Source: a virus (Duplodnaviria > Caudoviricetes). From it: DNA of 24,592 bases. The stretch is from the IMG/VR virus record IMGVR_UViG_3300032318_001070, positions 1 to 24,592 of that record; one strand, written 5' to 3'. The translations under genes were made by a program, and so were the position numbers. The notes beneath the pieces are model-generated. The model was not told the DNA's origin. It made no database searches and saw only the letters and a program-made list of their open reading frames with translations. This document shows positions 1 through 6,856 of the stretch, piece by piece. Position 1 is the first letter of the stretch; every line of letters starts with the position of its first letter.

Positions 1-171
1 AATGAAGTTGGCGACTAAAGGCTTTGGGTAATCCTCTGAAAACATCGAAGGATAAACCTTAGATATGTCTCCTTGACGCACGGAAAGCACATCGCGCATA
101 CGTTGATCTCGCGCTGATGAGCGCGTACGTAGCCGCGATAGTTTCGCGTCAACTTCTTTGACTGATAACAA
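1..171 (-). CDS. Portal protein, N-terminal part (runs off window)
   Basis: Hand translation from TTG at 171: MLSVKEVDAKLSRLRTRSSARDQRMRDVLSVRQGDISKVYPSMFSEDYPKPLVANFI..., open to position 1. AGGAG RBS lies just upstream. The gene directly follows the terminase and resembles actinophage portal N-termini. Confidence 0.75.
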   Translation of the reverse strand, partial: MLSVKEVDAKLSRLRTRSSARDQRMRDVLSVRQGDISKVYPSMFSEDYPKPLVANFI

Positions 172-180
172 TGTTATCTC

Positions 181-2043
181 CTAAATGATTCTCATCTTAT
201 TTTGCTCAGCGAAAGCCTCTTCGATATTTATAACTGTTCGCTTGCCCATCTCGTGCCGAGATAGGAATGGGTTTTTCATATGGTGGGTGGCATACTGTCC
301 ATAGTTGAGCATCTCACGTGCTCGGATCTCACAGAACCAAAGAGCCATAACCATATCGGTCTTACCCTTAGTCGTTGGAGTCCAGGTAATTAACTGCTCA
401 ATCAAAGCCTTGATATTCTCAGTTTGATCTGATGGCAGATGTATTAAGTTATCTCGATGGTGCTTACCATCAAACTGCTTAGTACCGAAAAGGGTAGACA
501 TAGATGCCACACCGAAGCCGGCATCCCACTTGTTGGATCCAGTATGGTGTTCCTTGAACTGCACTCCGCGTGATGCTAAGTGCATACGGATACCTTCATC
601 CTGCGTTAGGAAGGACTGGAAGGCGTTCTTTTCGACGATCCACTCGGAAGGTGAGTAGAGCGCTGTCCAATCAAAAATAAGATTACGGATATCGGCTGGA
701 GACGGACGGCTAATTTTAATAGCATCTACTATGTACCTCTTGCTAGTTGATCGGTCAACGGCGTAGCAGATAGCTGCAGTATCACCAATCATCGCAGGGT
801 CTAGACCACAGATATAAGTAAAACCGTTTAAGTCTTTAGGATGACCGGGCCAGCCTGCAACTAAGTTGCCAGACTTACGCATACCGTCAATAGATCCCTT
901 AACACATATAGGATCAAAGGCAGCGTTCTCGGAAATGTCTTGCTGCTGATATACCAAAGCCCAGGTGCTTGCATCCATCGCTTGGCGTTCGTTATAAAGG
1001 TTACGTCCAGACCAACGAGGATATAGGCCGTCATCGTTCTTGTCGGATTCTTCTTGTCCATCAAATGGAGCATCTGAGGCAGGCCACAATGTAACCCACT
1101 TGTCAGGGTCTTCGTCGGCTTCTAAAAGCGCTGGCATTGCCAAATACTTCCAAGGAACCTGACCGCCAGGGTAGCGATCTTCGGAGCGTAGCTCGCGGTA
1201 TAGATCAACGGAGGCTACACGAGTTCCAATAATAATAAGTTTACCCGTAGGGTTCAAACGAGATCGGACGTCTTGGGTTAACCAGCGGATCTGCTTTTCA
1301 AACTCATTGGCGTTCTTTAAGGTAACTGCGTCATCTACAATAATCATATCTGCACGCTTACCGTAGATCTGACCACCAATACCAACGGCCTCGATGTTCG
1401 GATCCTTTTCAGATGACTCGCGGAGTTCATCACCAAAGGTAACGCGGGTTGCCTGCCAAGAGGCAGACTTGGAGTTAAACCCTACGCCAGCAGCATAAGC
1501 GCTCTGCAGATCTGCATACATAGGATGGGTCAGACGTTGCTTGATGGCGTAGAGAAAGTCGGCAGCTAGTTGCTGCGTCTGGGATACAATCAAAACTCGG
1601 AAGTTCGGATTACGGGCTACCTGCCACGTAACATAGTCTACGGTAACCGTAATGGACTTTGCGTGGTTTGGCGGAATATTTATAAGTACGCGGTTGGCGG
1701 CAAGGCCCGGTTCAAACTTCATACTGGGGTGTAGCCAAGAAGGTTCACGACCTTCGATTACATCTATCAGATTCCTCTGATGGGCGAAAGTCTTAGAGTG
1801 TAGAAACTTCTCGCGGAACTCCACGAAATCAATATCGTGTACGTCGCCACCTTGGAACTGCTTATCCTTTAGACCTAGGCGGGTTCGATCAATCTTATCC
1901 GCAAATATCTTATCGGTCCGGCGGTAATACTCATAAGTCTTAATGGACTTGCCAGCGGAGGCAGTAGCTGCCTCAACGGTCATACCTTCTGCTACAGCGC
2001 CGAGAATGATTCTCTTGGCTATATCGGCTGAATTATCTGCCAC
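181..2043 (-). CDS. terL: Terminase large subunit with an N-terminal HTH-like extension
   Basis: 620 aa. Walker A-like PPNHAKS, Walker B IIVDD, coupling motif IIIGTR, RNase H-type nuclease start GLDPA and C-terminal DMVMA. Adjacent to the portal. Confidence 0.92.
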   Translation of the reverse strand: MADNSADIAKRIILGAVAEGMTVEAATASAGKSIKTYEYYRRTDKIFADKIDRTRLGLKDKQFQGGDVHDIDFVEFREKFLHSKTFAHQRNLIDVIEGREPSWLHPSMKFEPGLAANRVLINIPPNHAKSITVTVDYVTWQVARNPNFRVLIVSQTQQLAADFLYAIKQRLTHPMYADLQSAYAAGVGFNSKSASWQATRVTFGDELRESSEKDPNIEAVGIGGQIYGKRADMIIVDDAVTLKNANEFEKQIRWLTQDVRSRLNPTGKLIIIGTRVASVDLYRELRSEDRYPGGQVPWKYLAMPALLEADEDPDKWVTLWPASDAPFDGQEESDKNDDGLYPRWSGRNLYNERQAMDASTWALVYQQQDISENAAFDPICVKGSIDGMRKSGNLVAGWPGHPKDLNGFTYICGLDPAMIGDTAAICYAVDRSTSKRYIVDAIKISRPSPADIRNLIFDWTALYSPSEWIVEKNAFQSFLTQDEGIRMHLASRGVQFKEHHTGSNKWDAGFGVASMSTLFGTKQFDGKHHRDNLIHLPSDQTENIKALIEQLITWTPTTKGKTDMVMALWFCEIRAREMLNYGQYATHHMKNPFLSRHEMGKRTVINIEEAFAEQNKMRII

Positions 2044-2062
2044 GTATTCCTCCTACAGATTA

Positions 2063-2262
2063 AAGCCCGGATTACATATCGGGCTGAGGAATTTAGCGGA
2101 TCTAATATTTAGATAGAACTATCCCGATTAAAAGCACCGCTAGTGTCGGGCTTAGCGCCCGAAGGAGCCACAGCGAACTGAGGGGTAAGTCAGTACTCGG
2201 CCTAGGGGCCTCGTAAGAGGCAACCGCAACGGGTCGCAAAGGTCTTCCCCGCTTTGCTCCCC
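2063..2262 (-). ncRNA. Candidate structured RNA / structured 5' leader of the terminase (late) operon
   Basis: Nested helices: 2162-2168/2256-2262 and 2182-2189/2244-2250. Hairpins at 2171-2180, 2208-2221 (GCCTC-GTAA-GAGGC), 2146-2162 and 2064-2085. G.U pairs complete helices on the - strand. Confidence 0.45.
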
Positions 2263-2263
2263 T

Positions 2264-2273
2264 ACTGTATATA
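2264..2273 (-). promoter_or_regulatory. Candidate -10 region for the terminase operon (TACAGT or TATATA)
   Basis: TANNNT-type hexamer immediately 5' of the structured leader on the - strand. Confidence 0.35.
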
Positions 2274-2309
2274 AGGCAGGAAATTTAACGCATTTCCCGC
2301 TTTACTTCC

Positions 2310-2370
2310 TGTGATATTAGACACACTGCTATAAGTCCTGCTCAGACGGCATATTGTACCGAATCTCACA
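2310..2370. promoter_or_regulatory. Two CRP/GlxR-like boxes
   Basis: TGTGA-TATTAG-ACACA (2310-2325, 1 mismatch to TGTGA-N6-TCACA) and TGTAC-CGAATC-TCACA (2355-2370, 2 mismatches). Confidence 0.45.
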
Positions 2371-2435
2371 CGGTTCACTTTAGCAAATATTTTTTGTTGG
2401 GGTATATATCCCGGCGTGCGCTGCAATTCAACAAC

Positions 2436-2950
2436 CCTGGGTGCCCCCTCGGCTACCCCTGCCCTTTTCTGCCGATGACCCTGCCGCTGCTGCTGGCCTG
2501 CTGCCGATGATCCGCCTGGAATTGCCAGCGGTTAAATCAATATCCTGGCCAGGCGGCTGCATATAACCGTAATCGCTGGCCTTGCTGCACTTTCGGCACA
2601 CCTGGCGAATTACGCAACAATTAGCCCCTGGAATAATTGCCTAAAAAAAGTTAAAAATTGACCCCGCAAAAATTGCTATTTTTATGCAGAAATAATGCAA
2701 TTTTGAAAAGGCTCGCGCCCGGTCTTTTTTAATTTAGCTGGTCTAATTACGCAACACTGGCCAGCCTCCAGCCCTGGAAAATTGAATTCCCCTGGATCCT
2801 GGCCAGGAATGTCGGCCCTGGATCCTGGAAAGAATTACCCGAAATCGGCAGGAATTGACCCGAAATAATGACCCGAATTCCCCGAAATTGCCAGGCCTCC
2901 AGCAATTCCCCGAGGCAATTCGCCCGGAATTTAACCCGCGGGAATTGCCG
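2436..2950. repeat. Low-complexity degenerate repeat region (CCWGG, AATT, CCCGAAAT units)
   Basis: Direct repeat AATTACGCAACA (2608-2619, 2745-2756). CCCTGGATCCTGG occurs twice (~2790, ~2816). CCCGAAAT/CCCGAATT at ~2838, 2859, 2872 and 2881. Confidence 0.6.
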
Positions 2951-2960
2951 CCCCGCCTGC

Positions 2961-2990
2961 TTGAATATACGGTAGGGAGAGGCATATCAT
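2961..2990 (+). promoter_or_regulatory. Housekeeping-sigma-type early promoter
   Basis: TTGAAT (2961-2966), 18 nt spacer, TATCAT (2985-2990). Followed by the hairpin GGGAGG-GAAA-CCTCCC (2999-3014) and the first early ORF. Confidence 0.65.
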
Positions 2991-3044
2991 TAAGCCACGG
3001 GAGGGAAACCTCCCCCAAAACCTACCGATTAGAAGGGCAAAAAA

Positions 3045-3287
3045 ATGAGCAGACAATATGAGTACCGCGTCGAAGATGAAGGGGCATTAAACCAAATAGC
3101 CCTCGAATTATTGGATAACTATTTAATAGACGCCGACGCTGACGAGATCGAAGGCGATATTGCAGCAATGAAATTAAAGCAGTGCGAAGGCTGCGATAAA
3201 TTTAATTTAGGCGATAATGCCTGCGCTGACCATAAAGGTGAATGCTACGACTGCTGCGGCTGCGGCTTACTAGAAAAGGCAAATTAA
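3045..3287 (+). CDS. Hypothetical early protein, Cys-rich C-terminus
   Basis: 80 aa, GAAGGG RBS, CxxC...C..H...CxxCCxC. Confidence 0.75.
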   Translation: MSRQYEYRVEDEGALNQIALELLDNYLIDADADEIEGDIAAMKLKQCEGCDKFNLGDNACADHKGECYDCCGCGLLEKAN

Positions 3288-3290
3288 ATA

Positions 3291-3536
3291 ATGACTATGG
3301 AAAAAGATATTTCACAATTTAATCTCGCCGATATTGAGGCCGTTATTGAAAGCAATATCGCCTACGACGCTTTCATAATCGCGCAAGATACGCATCCCGA
3401 CAATGTAACGCTCGACCTATTGGGCGCGGCTTACGCCTTAGACGGCGACGATTTACACGACGAGGAATTGCTCGCGTTAATGCAGGAAATTCTATCTATG
3501 CGCATTAATTGGAAAGCGAGGTACGAGGAAAAATAA
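3291..3536 (+). CDS. Hypothetical acidic early protein
   Basis: 81 aa, AAGG upstream, tightly packed in the operon. Confidence 0.75.
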   Translation: MTMEKDISQFNLADIEAVIESNIAYDAFIIAQDTHPDNVTLDLLGAAYALDGDDLHDEELLALMQEILSMRINWKARYEEK

Positions 3537-3538
3537 AA

Positions 3539-3591
3539 GGCCGAAACACCCGTAAGGGTGTCGCAGCGTTACGCGCTGCCTGACGATGGCC
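3539..3591 (+). ncRNA. Hammerhead ribozyme, type II (predicted cleavage after C3562)
   Basis: GGCC-GAAA, stem III (ACACCC-GTAA-GGGTGT), C, stem I (GCAGCG-TTACG-CGCTGC), CTGACGA-T-GGCC. The full core is present (CUGANGA, GAAA, GUC) and the element is intergenic. Confidence 0.9.
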
Positions 3592-3621
3592 GTCAGCAAA
3601 CTACCGAAAAGGAAAAAAATA

Positions 3622-3795
3622 ATGGCTAAATGGGAAATATACGCGACCAATATCCTCAATTTAAGGCTGGCAGTGGAGGCCGAAAGTTACGAGGCCGCGC
3701 TAGCAATTTATGAAAGTGGCGAGGATATTGCCGATGATTACGAAAATATTGGAGGCGAATTTCGCCTGGACAATATTGTGGAGGTAACCGAATAA
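3622..3795 (+). CDS. Hypothetical early protein (MAKWEIY...)
   Basis: Start moved from 3586 (inside the ribozyme) to ATG 3622, which follows an AAGGA RBS. Confidence 0.75.
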   Translation: MAKWEIYATNILNLRLAVEAESYEAALAIYESGEDIADDYENIGGEFRLDNIVEVTE

Positions 3796-4205
3796 TGAAA
3801 ATAAAATATGAATGTATCTGCCAGGGCTGCCGCGGTTACGCCCGCGGCAATATGCTCCAGGCCCAATATTGGCAGGGCTTAATTACCGAATTAAACGGAA
3901 ATTATTTTTCTGCCAGTAATAGAAAATTCCACGGCAGCCGAATAACGGGCTGGAATTACATCTATGAGCCAGGCGGCCGCGATATTTATGGCGTGGCAAT
4001 TAAGGAAACACGAAAGGCGGGCTGGCATAAATCCGACGGCCGCGAATATGCCGTGTCTATTTGGTGTCGTTACGGGGAAATCCTGGAAAGTGTGCGCCAG
4101 GAAAATAGCCGCGCTGCTAATAAATTCCTGGAAAGTAACGAGATCCTGGAAAAGATCCAGGGCTGCCGCTGCCACGGCTGCACTCTCGACCGAGAGGGGC
4201 GATAA
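3795..4205 (+). CDS. Hypothetical early protein with terminal CxCxxC motifs
   Basis: 136 aa, TAATG coupling, GGAGG RBS, CICQGC and CRCHGC motifs. Confidence 0.8.
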   Translation: MKIKYECICQGCRGYARGNMLQAQYWQGLITELNGNYFSASNRKFHGSRITGWNYIYEPGGRDIYGVAIKETRKAGWHKSDGREYAVSIWCRYGEILESVRQENSRAANKFLESNEILEKIQGCRCHGCTLDREGR

Positions 4206-4355
4206 GTGAGCCAGGGAAAAAATACCGTTATGAAAGAAAATTGCCCGTTATGCGCTAAGAAAAAATATTTATTCTGCTACATAAAAGGCGGGCAAGATCT
4301 ACTGGCCTGCGCTGCCTGCGCCACCGAATTACTGCTTACGGGCTGGAGTAGATAA
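4206..4355 (+). CDS. Small Zn-finger-like protein (not in ORF track)
   Basis: Hand translation MSQGKNTVMKENCPLCAKKKYLFCYIKGGQDLLACAACATELLLTGWSR. GAGGGG RBS. Confidence 0.6.
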   Translation: MSQGKNTVMKENCPLCAKKKYLFCYIKGGQDLLACAACATELLLTGWSR

Positions 4356-4486
4356 TGCAAGATCTTTTATACATCGGCAGCGTATTCGCCTTCTTAATCG
4401 GTATTTCAGCCCTGGCAGGCCTGGCCTGGCTGCTGATTGAAGGCGCGTACTGGATCTATTGCAAGGCAACTAGACGCAACTATTGA
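4355..4486 (+). CDS. Small single-pass membrane protein (not in ORF track)
   Basis: MQDLLYIGSVFAFLIGISALAGLAWLLIEGAYWIYCKATRRNY. TAATG overlap and GGAG RBS. Confidence 0.65.
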   Translation: MQDLLYIGSVFAFLIGISALAGLAWLLIEGAYWIYCKATRRNY

Positions 4487-4492
4487 AGGCGT

Positions 4493-4559
4493 ACTATCTC
4501 GCAGCGCGTAAGCGCTGCGGGGTAGTCTGCAGTCAGCAGACTTTCCCCGGGGCGGGGAT
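4493..4559 (+). other. Long intergenic RNA stem-loop cluster
   Basis: ACTATCTCGCAGCGC-GTAA-GCGCTGCGGGGTAGT (15 bp, 2 G.U, GNRA loop), followed by AGTCTGC/GCAGACT and TCCCCG/CGGGGA hairpins. Confidence 0.7.
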
Positions 4560-4580
4560 TGTGAGAGAGGATAAAAAAAT

Positions 4581-5204
4581 ATGGAAACTATATTAAAGGG
4601 TGAAACCGTAACCGTAACCGCGGGAGATATATCGGATCTATTGGAGGGAGCAATTACTCACGCTCACCAAAAATTAGATCTACCTATATTGAACACGGTA
4701 CGCCTGGAGGTGGCCGGTGGCCACTTAACGGCTATAAGTACCGATAGGTATCGCTTAATCCAGGGAGAAATCGCCCGGGAGCTGGAGGGTGATCTATCGG
4801 CCTGCCTGGTACCGGTTGAAGGTATCAAGCGTATTTTATCTATCATAAAAGGTGAAAAGGTGAAGGGTGAAACCTTACCTATAACACTTAACCGCTTAGG
4901 CGATATTCTAACCGTATCGCTAGGCGGTAACGCTATCAGCGTGGATCTAATCACCGGCACTTATCCACCGGTGGAGAAATTTCTAGACTTTACTAGCGAT
5001 AGCGTGGCAGTAACTAGCGCGGCCTTTAACCCGGCCTTTTTTGCTGATTACGCAAAAATCGCAGTAAAGGGAAAAGGAAAATTTAAATCTATGCAGCCGG
5101 TGGAGATCGAATTTACCGGTGAAGGTAAGCCGATGAGGATCACAATTACCGGGGAGCGCGTATCCTGGAAAGCAGTACTTATGCCTATGAGAATAGTTAA
5201 GTAA
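4581..5204 (+). CDS. DNA polymerase III beta-clamp (DnaN)-like protein, two-domain
   Basis: LPILNTV...AISTDRYRL...GTYPPVEKFL...AFNPAFF...KAVLMPMR match beta-clamp domain 2/3 motifs (ATDGxRL, G.YPd, FN..Y, lMPmR). Only 207 aa long. Confidence 0.8.
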   Translation: METILKGETVTVTAGDISDLLEGAITHAHQKLDLPILNTVRLEVAGGHLTAISTDRYRLIQGEIARELEGDLSACLVPVEGIKRILSIIKGEKVKGETLPITLNRLGDILTVSLGGNAISVDLITGTYPPVEKFLDFTSDSVAVTSAAFNPAFFADYAKIAVKGKGKFKSMQPVEIEFTGEGKPMRITITGERVSWKAVLMPMRIVK

Positions 5205-5207
5205 CCC

Positions 5208-5273
5208 GGCGGTAGGCTGCCTATCCTCTCCCGGTCATCGGTAGTGCCGGGAGGGGGTGGAGGGCAAATCGCC
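5208..5273 (+). other. Long imperfect intergenic RNA stem-loop
   Basis: CTATCCTCTCCCGGT (5221-5235) pairs with GCCGGGAGGGGGTGG (5246-5260) using G.U pairs. Outer GGCG/CGCC pairing extends it. No U-tract follows. Confidence 0.65.
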
Positions 5274-5301
5274 TTGATCTAAATAAATAAGGGAGAAAGT
5301 A

Positions 5302-5487
5302 ATGAACAATGGAGTAAAAGATCTACGCTATTACCGTCAGCTAGACGGGGCAATTCTGCTAGACGGTAATGACCGCTATTACCGGCTATCGGAAACCGGT
5401 GATCCGGTATATGGCTATAACGCACACTTTTCCGGGGCTTATGTCTGCTACACCTGCGGCCACTTATGCGACTGCGGGGAGGAATAG
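5302..5487 (+). CDS. Hypothetical protein with a C-terminal CxxC...CxC motif
   Basis: 61 aa, AAGGGAG RBS. Confidence 0.75.
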   Translation: MNNGVKDLRYYRQLDGAILLDGNDRYYRLSETGDPVYGYNAHFSGAYVCYTCGHLCDCGEE

Positions 5488-5660
5488 TGTATAAATACAC
5501 TTTTCACCGGGCGATGAATATGACCTACCGGGAGCAGCTGGAGGCAGTAGCGAGAGGGGAGATCCCTGGCCGGTGGATAGTAGGCTCGGGATATAAATTG
5601 CCCCGAATAGTGGCAATAAAATACTTAAAAAAGAAAATAGCAGCGGGAGGGGAAAAGTAA
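5487..5660 (+). CDS. Hypothetical small basic protein
   Basis: GTG start overlapping the previous TAG, GGAGG RBS, in frame with track ORF 5466..5660. Confidence 0.65.
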   Translation: MYKYTFHRAMNMTYREQLEAVARGEIPGRWIVGSGYKLPRIVAIKYLKKKIAAGGEK

Positions 5661-5818
5661 TGCAGATCAGCGAGATAGACACGATCCAGGATCTAGAGGC
5701 CTGGTTGAAAGAAAATATGCCAGGTGCTACCTTATTGGAGGGAGAAACCGGTATAGTAATACACACTAACCTGGTATCCACTATAGGTGGATATCTACAC
5801 GAGAAAGAGGGAAAGTAA
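5660..5818 (+). CDS. Hypothetical protein (not in ORF track)
   Basis: MQISEIDTIQDLEAWLKENMPGATLLEGETGIVIHTNLVSTIGGYLHEKEGK. TAATG-coupled at both ends. Confidence 0.75.
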   Translation: MQISEIDTIQDLEAWLKENMPGATLLEGETGIVIHTNLVSTIGGYLHEKEGK

Positions 5819-6009
5819 TGAAATATATAATAACGCTAGAAGTAGAGAGCGAGTGGAGTTTGGAGCAATTAACTAGAGGGCAACACGGCGCTCTGGTATT
5901 TGGCGCTAATCACCCGTGGAGGGTGTTAGAAGCTAGAGAGGGAGAGAATAAATGCGTATGTACAGACGAACCGCCTTACAGGGAGTGCTCAGAGCACTCC
6001 GGTTATTAA
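5818..6009 (+). CDS. Hypothetical protein
   Basis: 63 aa, GAGGGAAAGTAATG junction. Confidence 0.7.
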   Translation: MKYIITLEVESEWSLEQLTRGQHGALVFGANHPWRVLEAREGENKCVCTDEPPYRECSEHSGY

Positions 6010-6025
6010 AAAGGGAGATAATGTA

Positions 6026-6181
6026 ATGACGATAGAGAGAGTGCGACATAGCGGGGCTTATGTAATCTCGCAATTTATTGGTGAGGGAGCGGGCGAATAT
6101 CTATTTACCCGCACCTATTACGGTTATACGCTAAAGGAAGCTAAGGCGCAATTTAAGATCGCGCTAAAGGAGGGAGAGTAA
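6026..6181 (+). CDS. Hypothetical protein (not in ORF track)
   Basis: MTIERVRHSGAYVISQFIGEGAGEYLFTRTYYGYTLKEAKAQFKIALKEGE. AAGGGAG RBS. Confidence 0.7.
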   Translation: MTIERVRHSGAYVISQFIGEGAGEYLFTRTYYGYTLKEAKAQFKIALKEGE

Positions 6182-6414
6182 TGGATAAGCTAGATAAGGC
6201 TAAGCAGGAAATTGTAAACCTATTTGGGTTCAGCGATCACCTGGTGGCGGTTAATGACGCGGTGATAACGCTTGACGCTAAGCAGCTTATTGCCTACCGT
6301 TTGACCGTAGATGAAACCGCTACGGCCGGACAATGGCTAGAGGCAGTCAAAACTTTAAATAAGTGTGAAAGTTATTTATATCTAACCGAGATATTAAAGG
6401 GAGAGGGAAAGTAA
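6181..6414 (+). CDS. Hypothetical protein
   Basis: 77 aa, coupled, GGAGGGAG RBS. Confidence 0.75.
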   Translation: MDKLDKAKQEIVNLFGFSDHLVAVNDAVITLDAKQLIAYRLTVDETATAGQWLEAVKTLNKCESYLYLTEILKGEGK

Positions 6415-6725
6415 TGAATAAGCCAATTAAGGGAGACATAATTGTATTTGATAGACCGGTTACATTCTTAGACGGTAATACAATTAAAGAATTAAAGTTT
6501 ATTGAGAGATCTAAGTTTGCAGACCCCGTTACCGGTAAAGGATATTGGGTTACTAGCTGGCGCAGGTTCGCTTATTCTATTAAGCGAGAGGGAGAGCTAC
6601 TAGGGCGCCCCGATCACCTTGCAGACTTTCGCATATTGTGTCTATCTTGCAATATGCAGACTAAATATGACGCGTTAGATGTAGTAACCGGTAAGCCTTG
6701 CGATAAGTGCGGTGAAATACTATGA
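6414..6725 (+). CDS. Hypothetical protein with a C-terminal Zn ribbon
   Basis: 103 aa, CLSC...CDKC, coupled. Confidence 0.75.
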   Translation: MNKPIKGDIIVFDRPVTFLDGNTIKELKFIERSKFADPVTGKGYWVTSWRRFAYSIKREGELLGRPDHLADFRILCLSCNMQTKYDALDVVTGKPCDKCGEIL

Positions 6726-6856
6726 CTAAACACGATCATAATTTTAAGGCTACCGATATTCCGGGCGTAAGCCTATGCAAGTGCGGGGTCGAGATCTATT
6801 ACGCAAGCAAAGAGCAGGCGTACTATGTAAGCATAGAGGGAGAGAGTAATGAGTGA
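6722..6856 (+). CDS. Small hypothetical protein (not in ORF track)
   Basis: MTKHDHNFKATDIPGVSLCKCGVEIYYASKEQAYYVSIEGESNE. ATGA overlap, and it fills the gap exactly. Confidence 0.6.
   Translation: MTKHDHNFKATDIPGVSLCKCGVEIYYASKEQAYYVSIEGESNE

Noticed and set aside
2044-2440. tRNA or known riboswitch in the structured region
   Set aside because: No cloverleaf, T-loop or recognisable aptamer core was found by eye. An Rfam scan is still needed.
2743-3061. Track ORFs 2743..3018(-) and 2855..3061(+)
   Set aside because: They are translations of the low-complexity repeat and promoter region, with no RBS.
3586-3621. Track start at 3586
   Set aside because: It lies within the ribozyme core. ATG 3622 has the RBS.
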